From positions 10,094,564 through 10,158,563 of the forward strand of contig CM082585.2 of NCBI GenBank assembly GCA_040954595.2: a DNA stretch of 64,000 nt, written 5' to 3'. The notes below the pieces were generated by a model. That model was given only the letters and a program-made list of their open reading frames with translations, did not search any database and had not been told where the DNA came from. The translations under genes and the position numbers were made by a program. The stretch's first letter is position 1. Every line of letters begins with the position of its first letter. Positions 1-12,703 of the stretch are shown here, piece after piece. This DNA is from Balanoglossus misakiensis. Taxonomy: Eukaryota > Animalia > Hemichordata.

Positions 1-1447
1 TTTCAAAAATCGGCCAAATTTTGATTTTCCGCAAAGTCGAAAAATTGTCATTTTTTGATGATTTCCTGAGCTATAACCCATGTTTTTTTTCAAAAATCGG
101 CCAAATTTTGATTTTCCGCAAAGTCGAAAAATTGTCATTTTTTGATGATTTCCTGAGCTATAACCCATGGTTTTTTTCAAAAATCGGCCAAATTTTGATT
201 TTCCGCAAAGTCGAAAAATTGTCATTTTTTGATGATTTCCTGAGCTATAACCCATGGTTTTTTTCAAAAATCGGCCAAATTTTGATTTTCCGCAAAGTCG
301 AAAAATTGTCATTTTTTGATGATTTCCTGAGCTATAACCCATGGTTTTTTTCAAAAATCGGCCAAATTTTGATTTTCCGCAAAGTCGAAAAATTGTCATT
401 TTTTGATGATTTCCTGAGCTATAACCCATGGTTTTTTTCAAAAATCGGCCAAATTTTGATTTTCCGCAAAGTCGAAAAATTGTCATTTTTTGATGATTTC
501 CTGAGCTATAACCCATGGTTTTTTTCAAAAATCGGCCAAATTTTGATTTTCCGCAAAGTCGAAAAATTGTCATTTTTTGATGATTTCCTGAGCTATAACC
601 CATGGTTTTTTTCAAAAATCGGCCAAATTTTGATTTTCCGCAAAGTCGAAAAATTGTCATTTTTTGATGATTTCCTGAGCTATAACCCATGGTTTTTTTC
701 AAAAATCGGCCAAATTTTGATTTTCCGCAAAGTCGAAAAATTGTCATTTTTTGATGATTTCCTGAGCTATAACCCATGGTTTTTTTCAAAAATCGGCCAA
801 ATTTTGATTTTCCGCAAAGTCGAAAAATCGTCGATTTTTGACGATTTTCCTGGGCTATAACCCATGATTTTTTCAAAAAATGACCAAATTTTCAAAATTC
901 GCAAACTCGAAAAATCGTCGATTTTTGACGATTTTCCTGAGCTATAACCCATGATTTTTTTCAAAAAATGACCAAATTTTCAAAATTCGCAAAGTCGAAA
1001 AATTGTCATTTTCGGATGATTTTCATGAGCTATAACCCATGGTTTTTTCGAAAAAATGAAGAAATTTTGAAAATTCGCAAAGTCGAAAAATTGTCATTTT
1101 CGGATGATTTTCATGAGCTATAACCCATGGTTTTTTTTCGAAAAAATGAAGAAATTTTGAAAATTCGCAAAGTCGAAAAATTGTCATTTTCGGATGATTT
1201 TCATGAGATATAACCCATGGTTTTTTCGAAAAAAATGAAGAAATTTTGAAAATTCGCAAAGTCGAAAAATTGTCATTTTCGGATGATTTTCATGAGCTAT
1301 AACCCATCGTTTTTTCGAAAAAATGAAGAAATTTTGAAAATTCGCAAAGTCGAAAAATTGTCATTTTCGGATGATTTTCATGAGCTATAACCCATGGTTT
1401 TTTCGAAAAAATGAAGAAATTTTGAAAATTCGCAAAGTCGAAAAATT
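1..1447. repeat. Tandem satellite array, 87-bp monomer (~16.5 copies visible, runs off the window start)
   Basis: Motif GCAAAGTCGAAAAATTGTCATT...GAGCTATAACCCATGG recurs every 87 bp (31, 118, ...); the ORF track shows a 29-aa repeat. Three sequence variants occur in blocks (1-827, 828-~1000, ~1001-1447). Confidence 0.97.
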
Positions 1448-1968
1448 AATCACTGTTTTTTGGAAATAACACTCAGATCCAACTTAACTTTTTTAAAATT
1501 GTCACTTTTTTGTCAAATTTACGTAAAATGACGTATACAATAAATTTTCAAATATCTTCACACAGATTACATCGAACTTTATAAATATCAAAATACAAAC
1601 CACGCGCTTAGGTCTATTGCAAATACAAATGTACTACCAAAAGCTGTTTCTCATACAAACGAAATAAACTTACTCTGAAAATGTGAACCTTGAGAAAATA
1701 CAAATAATTTGTCTCATTGTCAAAAATGGACAATACGAGCACTTTTTGGTTGTTGGATATGGTTGAAATGGGGGTGGGGTGGGGGAACAAAATCTCGATT
1801 GTTTTCATTATGCACAAGTCAACTTATAAATTAGGTATTACATACTTTGTGCATTGTTTACTCAATTGCACCTTTTTCATTCTGACCGATTTAACAAAGA
1901 TCCAAATAATTAAAATGAGGTGGTAAAATCAGTGAAAAAATTGCACACTTCCCCTTTTTGCAAAATAA

Positions 1969-2019
1969 AACACACACACAACCCCCCCCCCCCCCACCAC
2001 CACCCCCACCACCACCACA
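1969..2019. repeat. Low-complexity (AC)n / poly-C / (CAC)n tract
   Basis: Direct reading: cacacacaca, C-run, caccaccac. Confidence 0.85.
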
Positions 2020-4023
2020 AAATATGCGTTCCTCACGGCAAACAATTCACATCTGACACGAATATATAATTTTTAGAAAATAACAAATTGTTTGCCTTTA
2101 TATCTTTTTTTTCCCGGCGACTATCAATAATATTGCATTTGTCCCATACAATACAATACGTTATTGATGTTTTGTGCGTTTTGTCGACCCCAAACATTGA
2201 CGCGATGCCGCCGCCATGTTTGCACGAAACATGTGTCAAATATTTACCCTGCATGTGTGAAACAGTTATTCTTGAGGCTAATATAAATTGTACCTAGGCC
2301 TACTACTGATTTGTAATATGTATATAATAATCGGATAAATATGACGTCGTTTATCCATGGGCAAGATTTCGTATACAACTGTATACAAGAATTGTGATTA
2401 TGTACATGTACATTATAGAGCGGCAAATTGCTACTATTGCCCATGCGTACAACAATTGGAGATTTAACGAAACATCAGCACCAAATACAAACATGGAGAT
2501 ATCCCATCGAGTTGGCTAAATAACGAAAAAGTGTAGAAAACTGACACTTTTTGTAGAACGTAAAGCAAGTCTGGCAAATATTGTACTCAAAACTTTGAAA
2601 ACACGCGTCGTCTTCACTAAATTATAAAAGTTGTTAACACGTGATAAAACGGCTCAAATGAGCGACTGATAAAGGCTGCCAACTTCAGTATCGCAATTTT
2701 CATCGTCTTCATCTTGATTCAGGTAGAGGCACCTCGCTATTTTCAATTTCTTCACTCCTGTAAGATAAAATACACAACGTGAAACTATAAGTAATAATCT
2801 ATCTAAACGGTTTCCGCTCGCGTTGTCTGGACAACGGCTGGCCTGCATGCAACGATTGGCCGACGTGAATAGACTTGACGGCCAATTCACAAAACGGGAT
2901 TGAGTCACCGACTGAACTTGAGTACATTAAAAAATCTTGCCCAGGCTCACGGTCGTAACGACTGTCTGAATTCGCATTTAACATCTGCCACGACACTTTG
3001 TGCGCATGTCCAGACTTTCATGGCCAACCTGAATTGTCCCTTTAACAAACACCGAACAATTACGTACTTCAACGTAACCTTGGGACGAGGCAACGTTAAT
3101 TAAGCATGAAGCGTGCAGTGTTCTCACGTCCTTTCATATAATGTGAACGTGAAGATTTTAGAAATCACTTCATTAGAAAACACACACAGCCCTCGTGAAC
3201 TCTTTTGTGCGGCGATTGGGAGAAAATGAGAAAAATTGAAATGTGGAATTATGGACATACAGATTAATCTATTCTAAATTGTACTAATCGTATTGCGTGT
3301 AGCTCAGCACAGCTGAGATAATATAAGTTTCGCGTTCAGCGAAATTCCGAAGATAATCCGTCATCTGGTGGTTTTGAATACGCCTTTCCTGGACACAGGC
3401 AGCATCGTATAGTTTCAAGTTTACAGCGGCGATACTATTAAAGCGCGCTCAACTACGGGGCTTGTGTTCCTGGATACGAGTTACCAACGGTGAGCGCCTC
3501 TTGCGTACAGTTTTCGTTTTTGTCACGAACTTAATTGTCATTCGTTGTCAAGGTGTCTTACCAGACTTCCATTTCCAGTTCGTTAGCTATGTTTACATCG
3601 TCAACAGAAGCCAAACTTTTTCAACGAGGCCCTGAATGTTGCAGTCACGATCTGGACATAAGAATCATCCTGCACGACTCCCTATAATAGGATATGATTT
3701 AATAAAAGTCCAGGGCCTATGGTACAAAAAATCCAGGCACAGCAAATATCATTTGTGACCTTGTAATGAATATCATTACGTCACCACTGTTTACTGTGAC
3801 ATTCAAATAGTGATTAACGCGCCGTGCGAGCATCGAAAAAAACAATGCAGGAATTGAATGGAACAGCCGTTATACACTGTTTTACACATTGTATTTTTTA
3901 TTCGTTAATTAGAAAACGTGGTAATACTATTAAATACCAGCACCATTGCATAACATAAAAATAAATGCCCTGTCGTGAGTGTCATTATTTTTTGCACGTG
4001 TCGTTTTTTCTTCTTCTAAATAC

Positions 4024-4428
4024 TCACCAACTGCGAATTCGTTGTCTTGCAAAGAGACTTTTTAACAGCTGAAGCTCGCGTTCGCTCCGCTCCGAGTGCC
4101 CCGCTCGTTTCACACTTACGTCGACATCGTAGAAATTCAGGATCTCCTTCAGAAGGGCAGTCGCCTCGCTGTACTTGCCGTTCCACAGGAGTTCTTGTAC
4201 GTAGCACAGGCAAGTCTGTCTGTCCGTTTTACTCGCTCGGTCGAATTCGCACCATTCCAGGCTGACCAGGCACTTAGGTAGGGGCAGTTCTCCGCGAATG
4301 AGCCGCTGCATGTACGGCTGTAATATTTCCCAGAACTTGGCGATCTCTGTGACTGTCCACAGGGGTTCTTTCAGCGACGGGTCAACGACGATCGCGAGGC
4401 CAGTGGACAGTCGCCTTACTTTCTTCAT
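4024..4428 (-). CDS. Small uncharacterised helical protein (134 aa if unspliced) resembling an internal segment of condensin subunit CAP-D2/NCAPD2; may continue into downstream exons
   Basis: ATG-initiated ORF with globular composition, ending on a TG|GTGAGT donor overlapping the stop. Motif spacing WE...P...LP / LL....Y..A..L.+E / L.LL..LF matches my recollection of human NCAPD2 ~aa 470-560. Confidence 0.5.
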   Translation of the reverse strand: MKKVRRLSTGLAIVVDPSLKEPLWTVTEIAKFWEILQPYMQRLIRGELPLPKCLVSLEWCEFDRASKTDRQTCLCYVQELLWNGKYSEATALLKEILNFYDVDVSVKRAGHSERSERELQLLKSLFARQRIRSW

Positions 4429-5171
4429 GCTTTTCTTCTTTGTGTTGTGACTTCTTGGATCTGATCTTATTCGCGAAGGACGCTATGACCGACCAGGACC
4501 AGGTCAGTGCGTTCGCGTGGTGTCCATTCCTATTGTGTATATACATTGGCGTTGCGACGCAAGGACTTCATTGTTTGTTTCCCTGGTTCATGGTTTGTTT
4601 CGGTGGCGGTGAGAGATTCCATTTCGAAAGAGGGAAGGCAGTCCACTAGTCGCTCTTTGTCACTGCTTGGCAAATGTCGAAGAAGAGCTACCGAGGACGT
4701 GAGGGTCGAATTTGTATTCTTTATGATTCTGACTATTGACGACATTTATGGCGGCACTTTTTTCAGCATCAAATAAAATGATAAAATTAGAACGTTTCCT
4801 TGTCAATTAATGGTTTACTCCAAGGCTCGTGACATACTAAAGCAAAACGTGTGAATCCCCTCACGTGGGGAGGGGGATATGTAAACACTGACCATGGGTT
4901 TGTTATAAGTCTACTGCCTAGCAGTACAGGGGCAGAGAAAAAGAGATGAGTGTCGATTTAGCCCGGTGGGTGACCACGAATGGTCGATCCTTATGCTTCG
5001 GTCTCATTAGGAGTGAGAATTGGTTCCACCAAGCCACGGCTCACCTTGATGGACAGAGCGGCTTAATGAAGGACAGGAGTGATGATGCAACTGGCGTGCA
5101 ACAGTAGCGCATTGACTAAAAACAAATGTATCCGATAGCCAAGTCATTGAGGGCGCCGTTTATTGTCAGAA

Positions 5172-5195
5172 CGCATGCGCCATGACCTTTGACTA
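5172..5195. promoter_or_regulatory. Candidate divergent promoter core: NRF1-like CGCATGCGC plus DR1-like TGACCTTTGACTA
   Basis: CpG-rich interval between the minus-strand orphan ORF and the plus-strand LRR gene, whose putative non-coding exon ends at AAG|GTATGT ~5394. Confidence 0.4.
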
Positions 5196-5800
5196 TTAAA
5201 AATGTTGTGAAGAAGGAATCAAAGTGAGCTTGATCATAGTAGTACATGTACATGTACTTGTATTCAACTTGATCGCTGTATCAGGAACCTGTCTCCTACT
5301 GGAAGATTCGAGAGGCCAATAACTTGATTATGCTATAACCAGAAAACTACCGTTGAAACGTAGAATTGATCGCCAGCGTACGTTTCATCGAAAGGTATGT
5401 CTGTAAATGTACATGTATCCCGCTATCCGTGACGTACATGTACATCGTAGATCGATCAGGTCTTGAAGGTTTTGGATACATTTGCAAGGTAAATGCTCAT
5501 ACCTGTTGGTTTGGTCACGTTTTGTCGACCATTCTTGGTTCATTGAAGGCTATAGTAGCTGTTCTGTCGCCACAACTTTTCTCGATGGCTGACCGCAGGA
5601 AATTTTTCTGACACGACAGTAAAAGGCCACTTGCAGTGCATACTGACCTCGGGGTCTTGGAAGTTGGGTCAGGTTTCATTGCCGAGATTGCGTTGACCGT
5701 CAAAATACAAGGAACCTTAGAAATTACTGAAATTGTTACTTTTTTGTAGCATTACATTGCAGGCATCCAAATGGCGAAGAAAAGTTGAGAGGTGTTGAAG

Positions 5801-8800
5801 ATGACAGTGCTGTCACTTCACTTCCTTGCCAAGACGGTGGTAGTACAGATCCTCATCGACTATGAGGATAGCTGCCCGGAGTACCGGCAGAGGGCGCAGA
5901 ACCTCATCCGGCAATTGCAGACGGAGCACTTTGCATCGGTGTCCGTGGATCTCCTGGAGACGCTGACGGAGAATTACCCGAGCGCGGTGAGCGACGAGCT
6001 TCTCTGTGTGCTGTCGCCCCCACACCTCCGGAGGCTGCACCTGGTTGGCTTCAACAAAGTGAAAGATGTGGAGAATCTCCATCACCTGTTCAGAAAGTGA
6101 GTATCAGTCTGTCATGTTGTAGTGTGATAACCAATTGGATCGCAGGTATCACTCATGTGATGGCCATGTGACCATGTTGTAGCCAATTGGATCGCAGACA
6201 TCACTCATTATGTGATGGCTATGTGAGTAACCATGTAATTAACCAATTCTGGATCACAGCCATCAATCAGCTACCCCCCTCCTACTTGGACCAAACTAAG
6301 TCAGCATAATGTGACAAAAATTGTTATTTTTACCCTGTTACTCTAGATGTTCAAAGATTGAATCACTTTCCCTGGATGGGTGCGAGGGCCTGGTCAACAT
6401 CGAGCTGTGCTACTTTCTGTGCAAGACTCTGACCCACCTGACCTCGGTTACCATGGAGAGCTGTCCTCCAATCACTGACGAGCACGTACAGGTGAGTAAA
6501 GAGTTAACAAACACTGGAGTGAGCGGGCGAAATGTATTAATATTTTTCATCACCTTTCCCGTCAGATAGGTTTTCGTCAAATACTGACTAATATCAAGAT
6601 TTCTGACCTCATTTGCTAACGCAACTACCTCTACTTATGTTTCAGTTCCTATTGCTGTACTGCCCATCGCTGACACATCTGAACATCGCCTGGAACGAAG
6701 ACATCACAGACAACGTGTTCAATTTGAAGTCGCTCGCCGGACAAACTTCGTCGTCATCATCGCAACAGGACGGGGTCGAGGCGCCCAACTTGCACAGCGT
6801 CAATGTGTCCGGATGCCGATCGCTGACCAGCAACTGCATCCGATACTTGGCGAAGCTGTGTGGATCCAAACTGCAGTCTCTCAATGTCTCCTACACACAG
6901 GTAAATCACCAGTTCCAGGGCTTGTGTTAGATAATGTTATTTATCACGCAAAGAGCCAAAAAATGTGCGCGTAATTATAATTGAATTTACGCGTATAGCA
7001 TATATGCTGGTACATAAGTACAGGGCGCAAGACAGTCTGATGGTATTGTTTTCATTTCCCCCTAGATGGACACGAGCATATTGTGGTATTTGTCGGGTTT
7101 CAATCTGGCAACAGCGGTACAGCTGGCGGTCTCGCAAGACGGCGAAGTGTTGGACAGGACCAACATCGAAGAAAAGCTGATCGCCGACCTGGTTGTGACG
7201 CAGAAGACGATGCAGGATGAACTCGACTGCTTGAAGCTGAAAGAGGAGTTACAAAACGATTTAGAATGCGGCGTTGATGGAAGTTCCAGTGGTGGCGGTG
7301 TTGCCACAAATGACGGCATCATAATGAATAGTGCCAATGTGGGTGGAGGATGCCTTACTGGAGAAGACGATCAAGCAGCAACCCAACGTGACAGGTCAGA
7401 GGTCGGAGCCGGTCAAGTGTTTGCGGAGTTCCGCGAAAGTGAGCAAATTGATGCAATGGAGGAGGCGCGGATATCACAGCCCATCGATGCCATGAACGAG
7501 TATTTAGAGGAGCTAGGGGTTGCCAGGACAACAGATGATGAGATGGTTGCTGGAAATCTGAGCAGTGAGAGAGACAGCTTGGATGTTCACCATCACTCTG
7601 CTAACTCTGAGCTGACAGGAACTGACGATGGTAGAGATGCAGCTGATCGACAGGCGATCAGTGACGTCGACATTGGCGACGTTCACTTTGCCATCCGCGA
7701 TATCAAAAGCAGCGACATGGCGTCCAAGTCAGTGGACTCTCCCAGTTCTTCCCGTAATCCGTCCAGTCTATCCGTACAACTTAGCAGTACTTCCACTGGT
7801 CTTGCCAAATCCGATACTGAGAGGTCGCTGCGTTCAAGCAGCGTCGATGCAGAAGACATTAGCGCCATAAAAGTACTAAACGACGACCTTGGAATTACAC
7901 ACCGAGCCAACGCGGACGCAATTGCAAAGAGGGAAAACCTACAGGCAGTGGAGAGAACAAGACTCTTCCAGCCAAACATGACCTCCCTGGACATCAGTAA
8001 CATTTCCCTTGAAGCGCCACTAGCGGACAGCGCCCTCAGGGAGTTCTTTGCAGCCAACCAGAACATGAAGAGATTCTCCGTTTCGTGGTCGTTTCTCAAT
8101 AACTTCACCCTGGAGTTCATTGCAAACCATGCACCTGAACTCAGGTACCTATCTCTTGTAAGTACTATAACGTTCCAAATATGATCTTTTACCCTTTTAC
8201 CCTACAATCAGTCATTGATATTCACTGTATTGTAGCTTTGGACATTACACAAATTTTTGCAGGCTATTACAGAGCACAACTCTAGGTTTCTAATTGTGAT
8301 GCATGTTCTGTTTCAAATCTTTAGATCGACTGCGAATCCTTATCCAGTGCTGGCATCGTCTGCTTAACCAAATGCAAACACCTAGAGCATCTTGACCTTA
8401 AAGGTATGTCCATGTCCACAGAAAGTTTACAAAACATTTCAAACCACTCTTCGATTCTTTTTTTTTTCAATTTCAAAGTTTCAAGGCAAATCAATGTAAA
8501 TCTCTTTAACACTAGCTTTTCTCCCAGGTGTGTGTTTCATTTCAGATGCTGGCTTAGCCCCCCTCTTGACTAGGGAAGACTCTGCCCTTAAATTTCTTTG
8601 TCTCGCCGAAGCCAATATCACTGATTCAACTATGCTGAGGGTCAGTAAATATCTGGGGAATAAGGTAAGTGTCATTTCTTTTTTTGTGTGTCTGTCGGTG
8701 TATAATTGCTGCAGTTTTGTTGGTTGTAGTAAGTGTTGAGTGTTTGCCATATAAGGGCAGTGATGCAAATTAGGCCTCCATATTTAGGGGCGTGACTGTA

Positions 8801-10129
8801 ACCAGGTTGTTCTGACTGGCTGTTCTCATGAAAAAGTAAAGCTTGTCTAATTTTAACGTCCTAGATTCATGATTTGGATATCTCGTGGTGTGAAGAAGTG
8901 ACAGACACCGGCATAGGCGCTGTCGTTCATTCATGCACGTCCCTGCAAAGCCTGAGTCTACGACAGTGTCCAACCAGCGACCAGACGCTGCTCTGCCTGG
9001 CTGACAACTGTACCAAGCTGACGGATCTCAATCTGTGTGGGGTCGGGGATCTGGGCGATGAAGTCGTGATTGCCTTAGCAAAGCAGTTGTCCGTACTGGA
9101 GAAGATTGATCTGAGTTGGAATCCAAGTATGTCACAGATTTTGTTCATACTTAACAAAACATTTTGTACTCACTGTACTGACATGCAGGTTGAAGTAGTT
9201 TAGTGATTAAAGGAGAACAGGATGCTTGAGGTTATAATATTAAAGGGGAACACTGGTATGGTTGATTTTGCAAAAATAGGTTGTTAAATACACTTCAATA
9301 ATTAATGTAAATCTTACCTTTTCGTCTTTAATGATAGATTTGACCGATGTTTCCATCAGCAAGTTGTTGCTGTGCTGTACTCTTATGAAGGAAGCCATTC
9401 TCTGTGGACTGAAGCGTATCACCTCAAAGCCATTCCTGCCAATCATAGCCGGTAAGCCACGCCCAGTTCTCGCCAAGTAACTAATGTATATGTGAACTGA
9501 TAACAAAACGTTGAGAATCTTTTTATGTGAAGCACATGGGGGGGGGGGGGAGAACAAAACATGATGTCATTTATGGCTTTTGCAGAATACAGAAGGTGGA
9601 AAAGATGCAAAGGTCTTCTGACTCTGAAACTTAAAGAGAGGAAACTGCTGGAAGTAACTGGTGATCCGCACTTGTCTAGTGATGAGGTAAGTGGATTTGG
9701 TCAGTGGGAGGTGTCGGACCAGAATAAACCCTGGTCCAGATAAATGTTTTCATTTGAATGTGGCTGAACTACCAAACACCGAGCGAAGTAGACACACAGC
9801 ACTTGTCGATGATGCTGGCTATTTTATAATATACTGAATCACAGCTAAGTAGAGCAACAGTGCCTCTGGCGCTATTTTTCAAAAATTCACATTTTTCATG
9901 ACTATGTCTCATACATTACATTTTTACCTTTCTTCAGGAATTTGAAGATTTGTACATACCTCATCGATCCACAGCATACTCGCCGTGTCTCCGACTACTC
10001 GATGTGGAATATTGCAATCAGATAAACGACGACCTGATCGCCGAGATTGTGGCGGTCTGCGTGGGTACTCTCAAAGTCAGGGACTACTACGGACAGCAAG
10101 TGGAACCAAAGTTACTCAGATTTAGATAA
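5801..10129 (+). CDS. Leucine-rich-repeat (cysteine-containing subtype) protein, FBXL/AMN1/Rad7-like, 10 coding exons
   Basis: Exons 5801-6096, 6347-6491, 6646-6900, 7066-8157, 8325-8403, 8528-8664, 8865-9126, 9338-9451, 9586-9686, 9938-10129 join in frame at GT-AG sites. Many LxxLxLxxCxxITD repeats (LTHLNIAWNEDITD, LDISWCEEVTDTG, LQSLSLRQC); C-terminal DYYG; AATAAA at 10775. Confidence 0.88.
6113..6270. repeat. Degenerate ~60-bp tandem triplication in an intron
   Basis: CATGTTGTAG..CCAATTGGATCGCAG..ATCACTCAT..GTGATGGC.ATGTGA occurs twice, plus a third degenerate copy. Confidence 0.7.
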
Positions 10130-11762
10130 TACAAAAAATTATGTTGAATTTAGTGACATTGCTGCATGATTTTGCATAGATTTCAAAATCCATAGATGAG
10201 TCCACTGGGTATATTTTAGAGAGGTCAACCTTTTTGTGATCTTAAAAATGATCTCAAAATCAACATACCAAAGTAAACGATCTTCAACAGTGCCTGAATG
10301 GTGTTGACAACACCTGACTTTTCATTTACGTGGAGACCACATTGTTATTTTTGCAGGTGGCTTATAGCAGTAAAACTGCGATGTAAAGTTCCAAAATGTC
10401 GCTACTAAAAATGGCCAGTCTAAACTGAAATGAGTGTAACTGAACTAAAGTATACATACTTTACCTCTAAGTCTCTTTAAAGGAAATTGGGCATTTTTGT
10501 GAAGAAAAAAATTAGGATACATGATCTTGGTAGCTGCTTGCTAAAAAACAAAACCAATTTATCAGTACTGGTACTGAGAATATTTTACTTGGAATTGTGT
10601 CAAAACTTGTGATAACTGTACAGATCTAATTTCTTGTATAAATGTAACTAGTTTTCACTTTGTGAATTCATTATTTTCATCTACATAATGAGCGATCATA
10701 TGTACAGTATGTACAAAACAGAAGAAAGCAGGTGTTGGAATGTCAACATTCAAATTTGGTTGCCTTAGTTTTGTAATAAAAGCTGTGCACTGAAATACAT
10801 GATGTTTTACATCACTCTGACTCAGTCACTGTCAGTTTCCATAAGGTTTGTGACAGTTTGTAAGGTATATTCATCTCAGCTGAAACAAAACCCCCCAAAA
10901 TTCCAAAAATCCACCACTGCTGTCCCATTACATAAAATGCAAAAAACAAGTAGAAATGGCCAAGTATAAATCTCTAAGCACCCCTACAATTTAGCATACA
11001 ATCCACATATTCCTAGTGGCATGCATACAAAGTTCGACCATACCACTCAAAAATGGGGGTGACCAGGTAAACTTTATTACTGCATATACAACCTTGTCTA
11101 ATCAAGGCATTCACAAACCATTTTGTTATTTTTTTATATATAGAAAAATCTCTAAATTATTACTGAACAGTATTTCTGAATAAATAAATTAACAGTCAGT
11201 GAAATAGTGATCGATAGCTGATCAAAGTATTTTTTCAATTGTGCGAAACATCCTCCATGTAACATCTAAAAGTAATGACTAGATTTCCACACCATGTTTT
11301 TTTTCATGATTTCAGAACTCAAGACTAACTCCAAAAATTGAAAAGTCTGCCAACAGCGATAAAATGGGTAAAACTCACGTTAACAAACATTGTGTTAAAT
11401 ATAGTCAACTAATACCAGCATCTCATGCAAGAATTTTCAGATTGTAACGAAATACAAAGAACCAAGCAAACAGTATTGGACGACGCGACTTGTCATGTAG
11501 ATACAAACAGGGCAGCCAATTGGCAATCATCTTACATTTGTCGATCTCAAATGGGCTAGCCAACAGAAAGGTTCTCTCTGATTGGTCAATTTCTGATCTG
11601 GCCCACAGCATTCTCTCAAGTTGCCACCGATGTGGTCAATTTCTTTGTCGGAACAATCTGTGATCTTGTACATACATACATAAAACTGGTACACATAATC
11701 TACTGACCTTATAATTATCAATGAAACCTCCAGTGTGTTCCAGGTTGCACCAAAGATTTTAC

Positions 11763-11855
11763 TCAACCCTTTCACCACCATGATTTACTCCAAATCCATT
11801 GTTTTCTATGGTAAAGTTGGACCGCTCAAGAGGGAAATGGGGGTGACAGGGTTAA
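11763..11855. mobile_element. ~85-bp MITE with TTAA-CCCTTTCACC...GGTGAAAGGG-TTAA ends (piggyBac-like), in RNF13 3' UTR
   Basis: Terminal inverted repeats; internal CCATTGTTTTCTATGGT identical to the copy at 29590-29681. Confidence 0.7.
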
Positions 11856-12703
11856 AATACAGCTGGAGTATTAGAACTAGTCTCTAGTTCTCAACAATGC
11901 CTACAAACTTAATAGCCCAAACCATGAACAATTGGTAAATTTCAAATAATATCAATGAGCAGACATTTCTGCATTATATTTTTAAATCATTGCAACATTT
12001 CACTGCACAATGCATTTAAAAATTCCAACATGCCATTCAAATTTGAAAACAAGTACGGCACTTTTGACATAGAATATATATAGATTATAATACCTGTGCA
12101 TTGTGCTTAAAGTATTGTAATTTGACAACTAGGAAAAAATGCCTAAACAAATCCAAATTGATATTAGTTTGCTCTTATGTAAATGTGAATTTATATAATT
12201 TATGCCACGAGTGTGCAAAATTGACAGCTAAGGCATCCTGATCATACCATAAATTTGTATAAATTTCTTTTTTGTTTAGAATCTACAAATTTATTTTGTA
12301 CTGAATGCAGCCATTACTAGTAACCCCTCCTATTCGTGAAAAATGTTGATTTTTACCATTTATTCTTTCCAGCTATCATTGTCTCCATATCAGCAATGGA
12401 AAAAAATCTCCATGTTATAGTTCATTAGGAACAAGAGTTCATGAATAACCATATATAAAATTGTGAGTTTTGTCTTATTGGACACAGACGTAGTGAAAAA
12501 GAAGGCATTCTCCAAAGAGCTCTCACTTTCTGAGCTTTACTCCTTTCTTGAAGACACATTTGACTAGTCTCAGTGTCTTCTGAGCTTTCGGTTATCCAAT
12601 TTCAGAGAAGGGGAGATTTTGCAAGTGAGTCTGTTATTTGCTTCCCATATGATAGGAGAATTCACTTTATTTAAAGTGACTGTGATTCGCACGGATGATC
12701 TGA

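Noticed and set aside
21-860. 279-aa ORF of 29-aa repeats; CRISPR-like appearance
   Set aside because: Artefact of an 87-bp (multiple of 3) satellite; there are no unique spacers, no cas genes, and the context is eukaryotic.
3562-3681. In-frame TGA codons as possible selenocysteine
   Set aside because: No Cys-like context, no recognisable selenoprotein fold and no SECIS seen.
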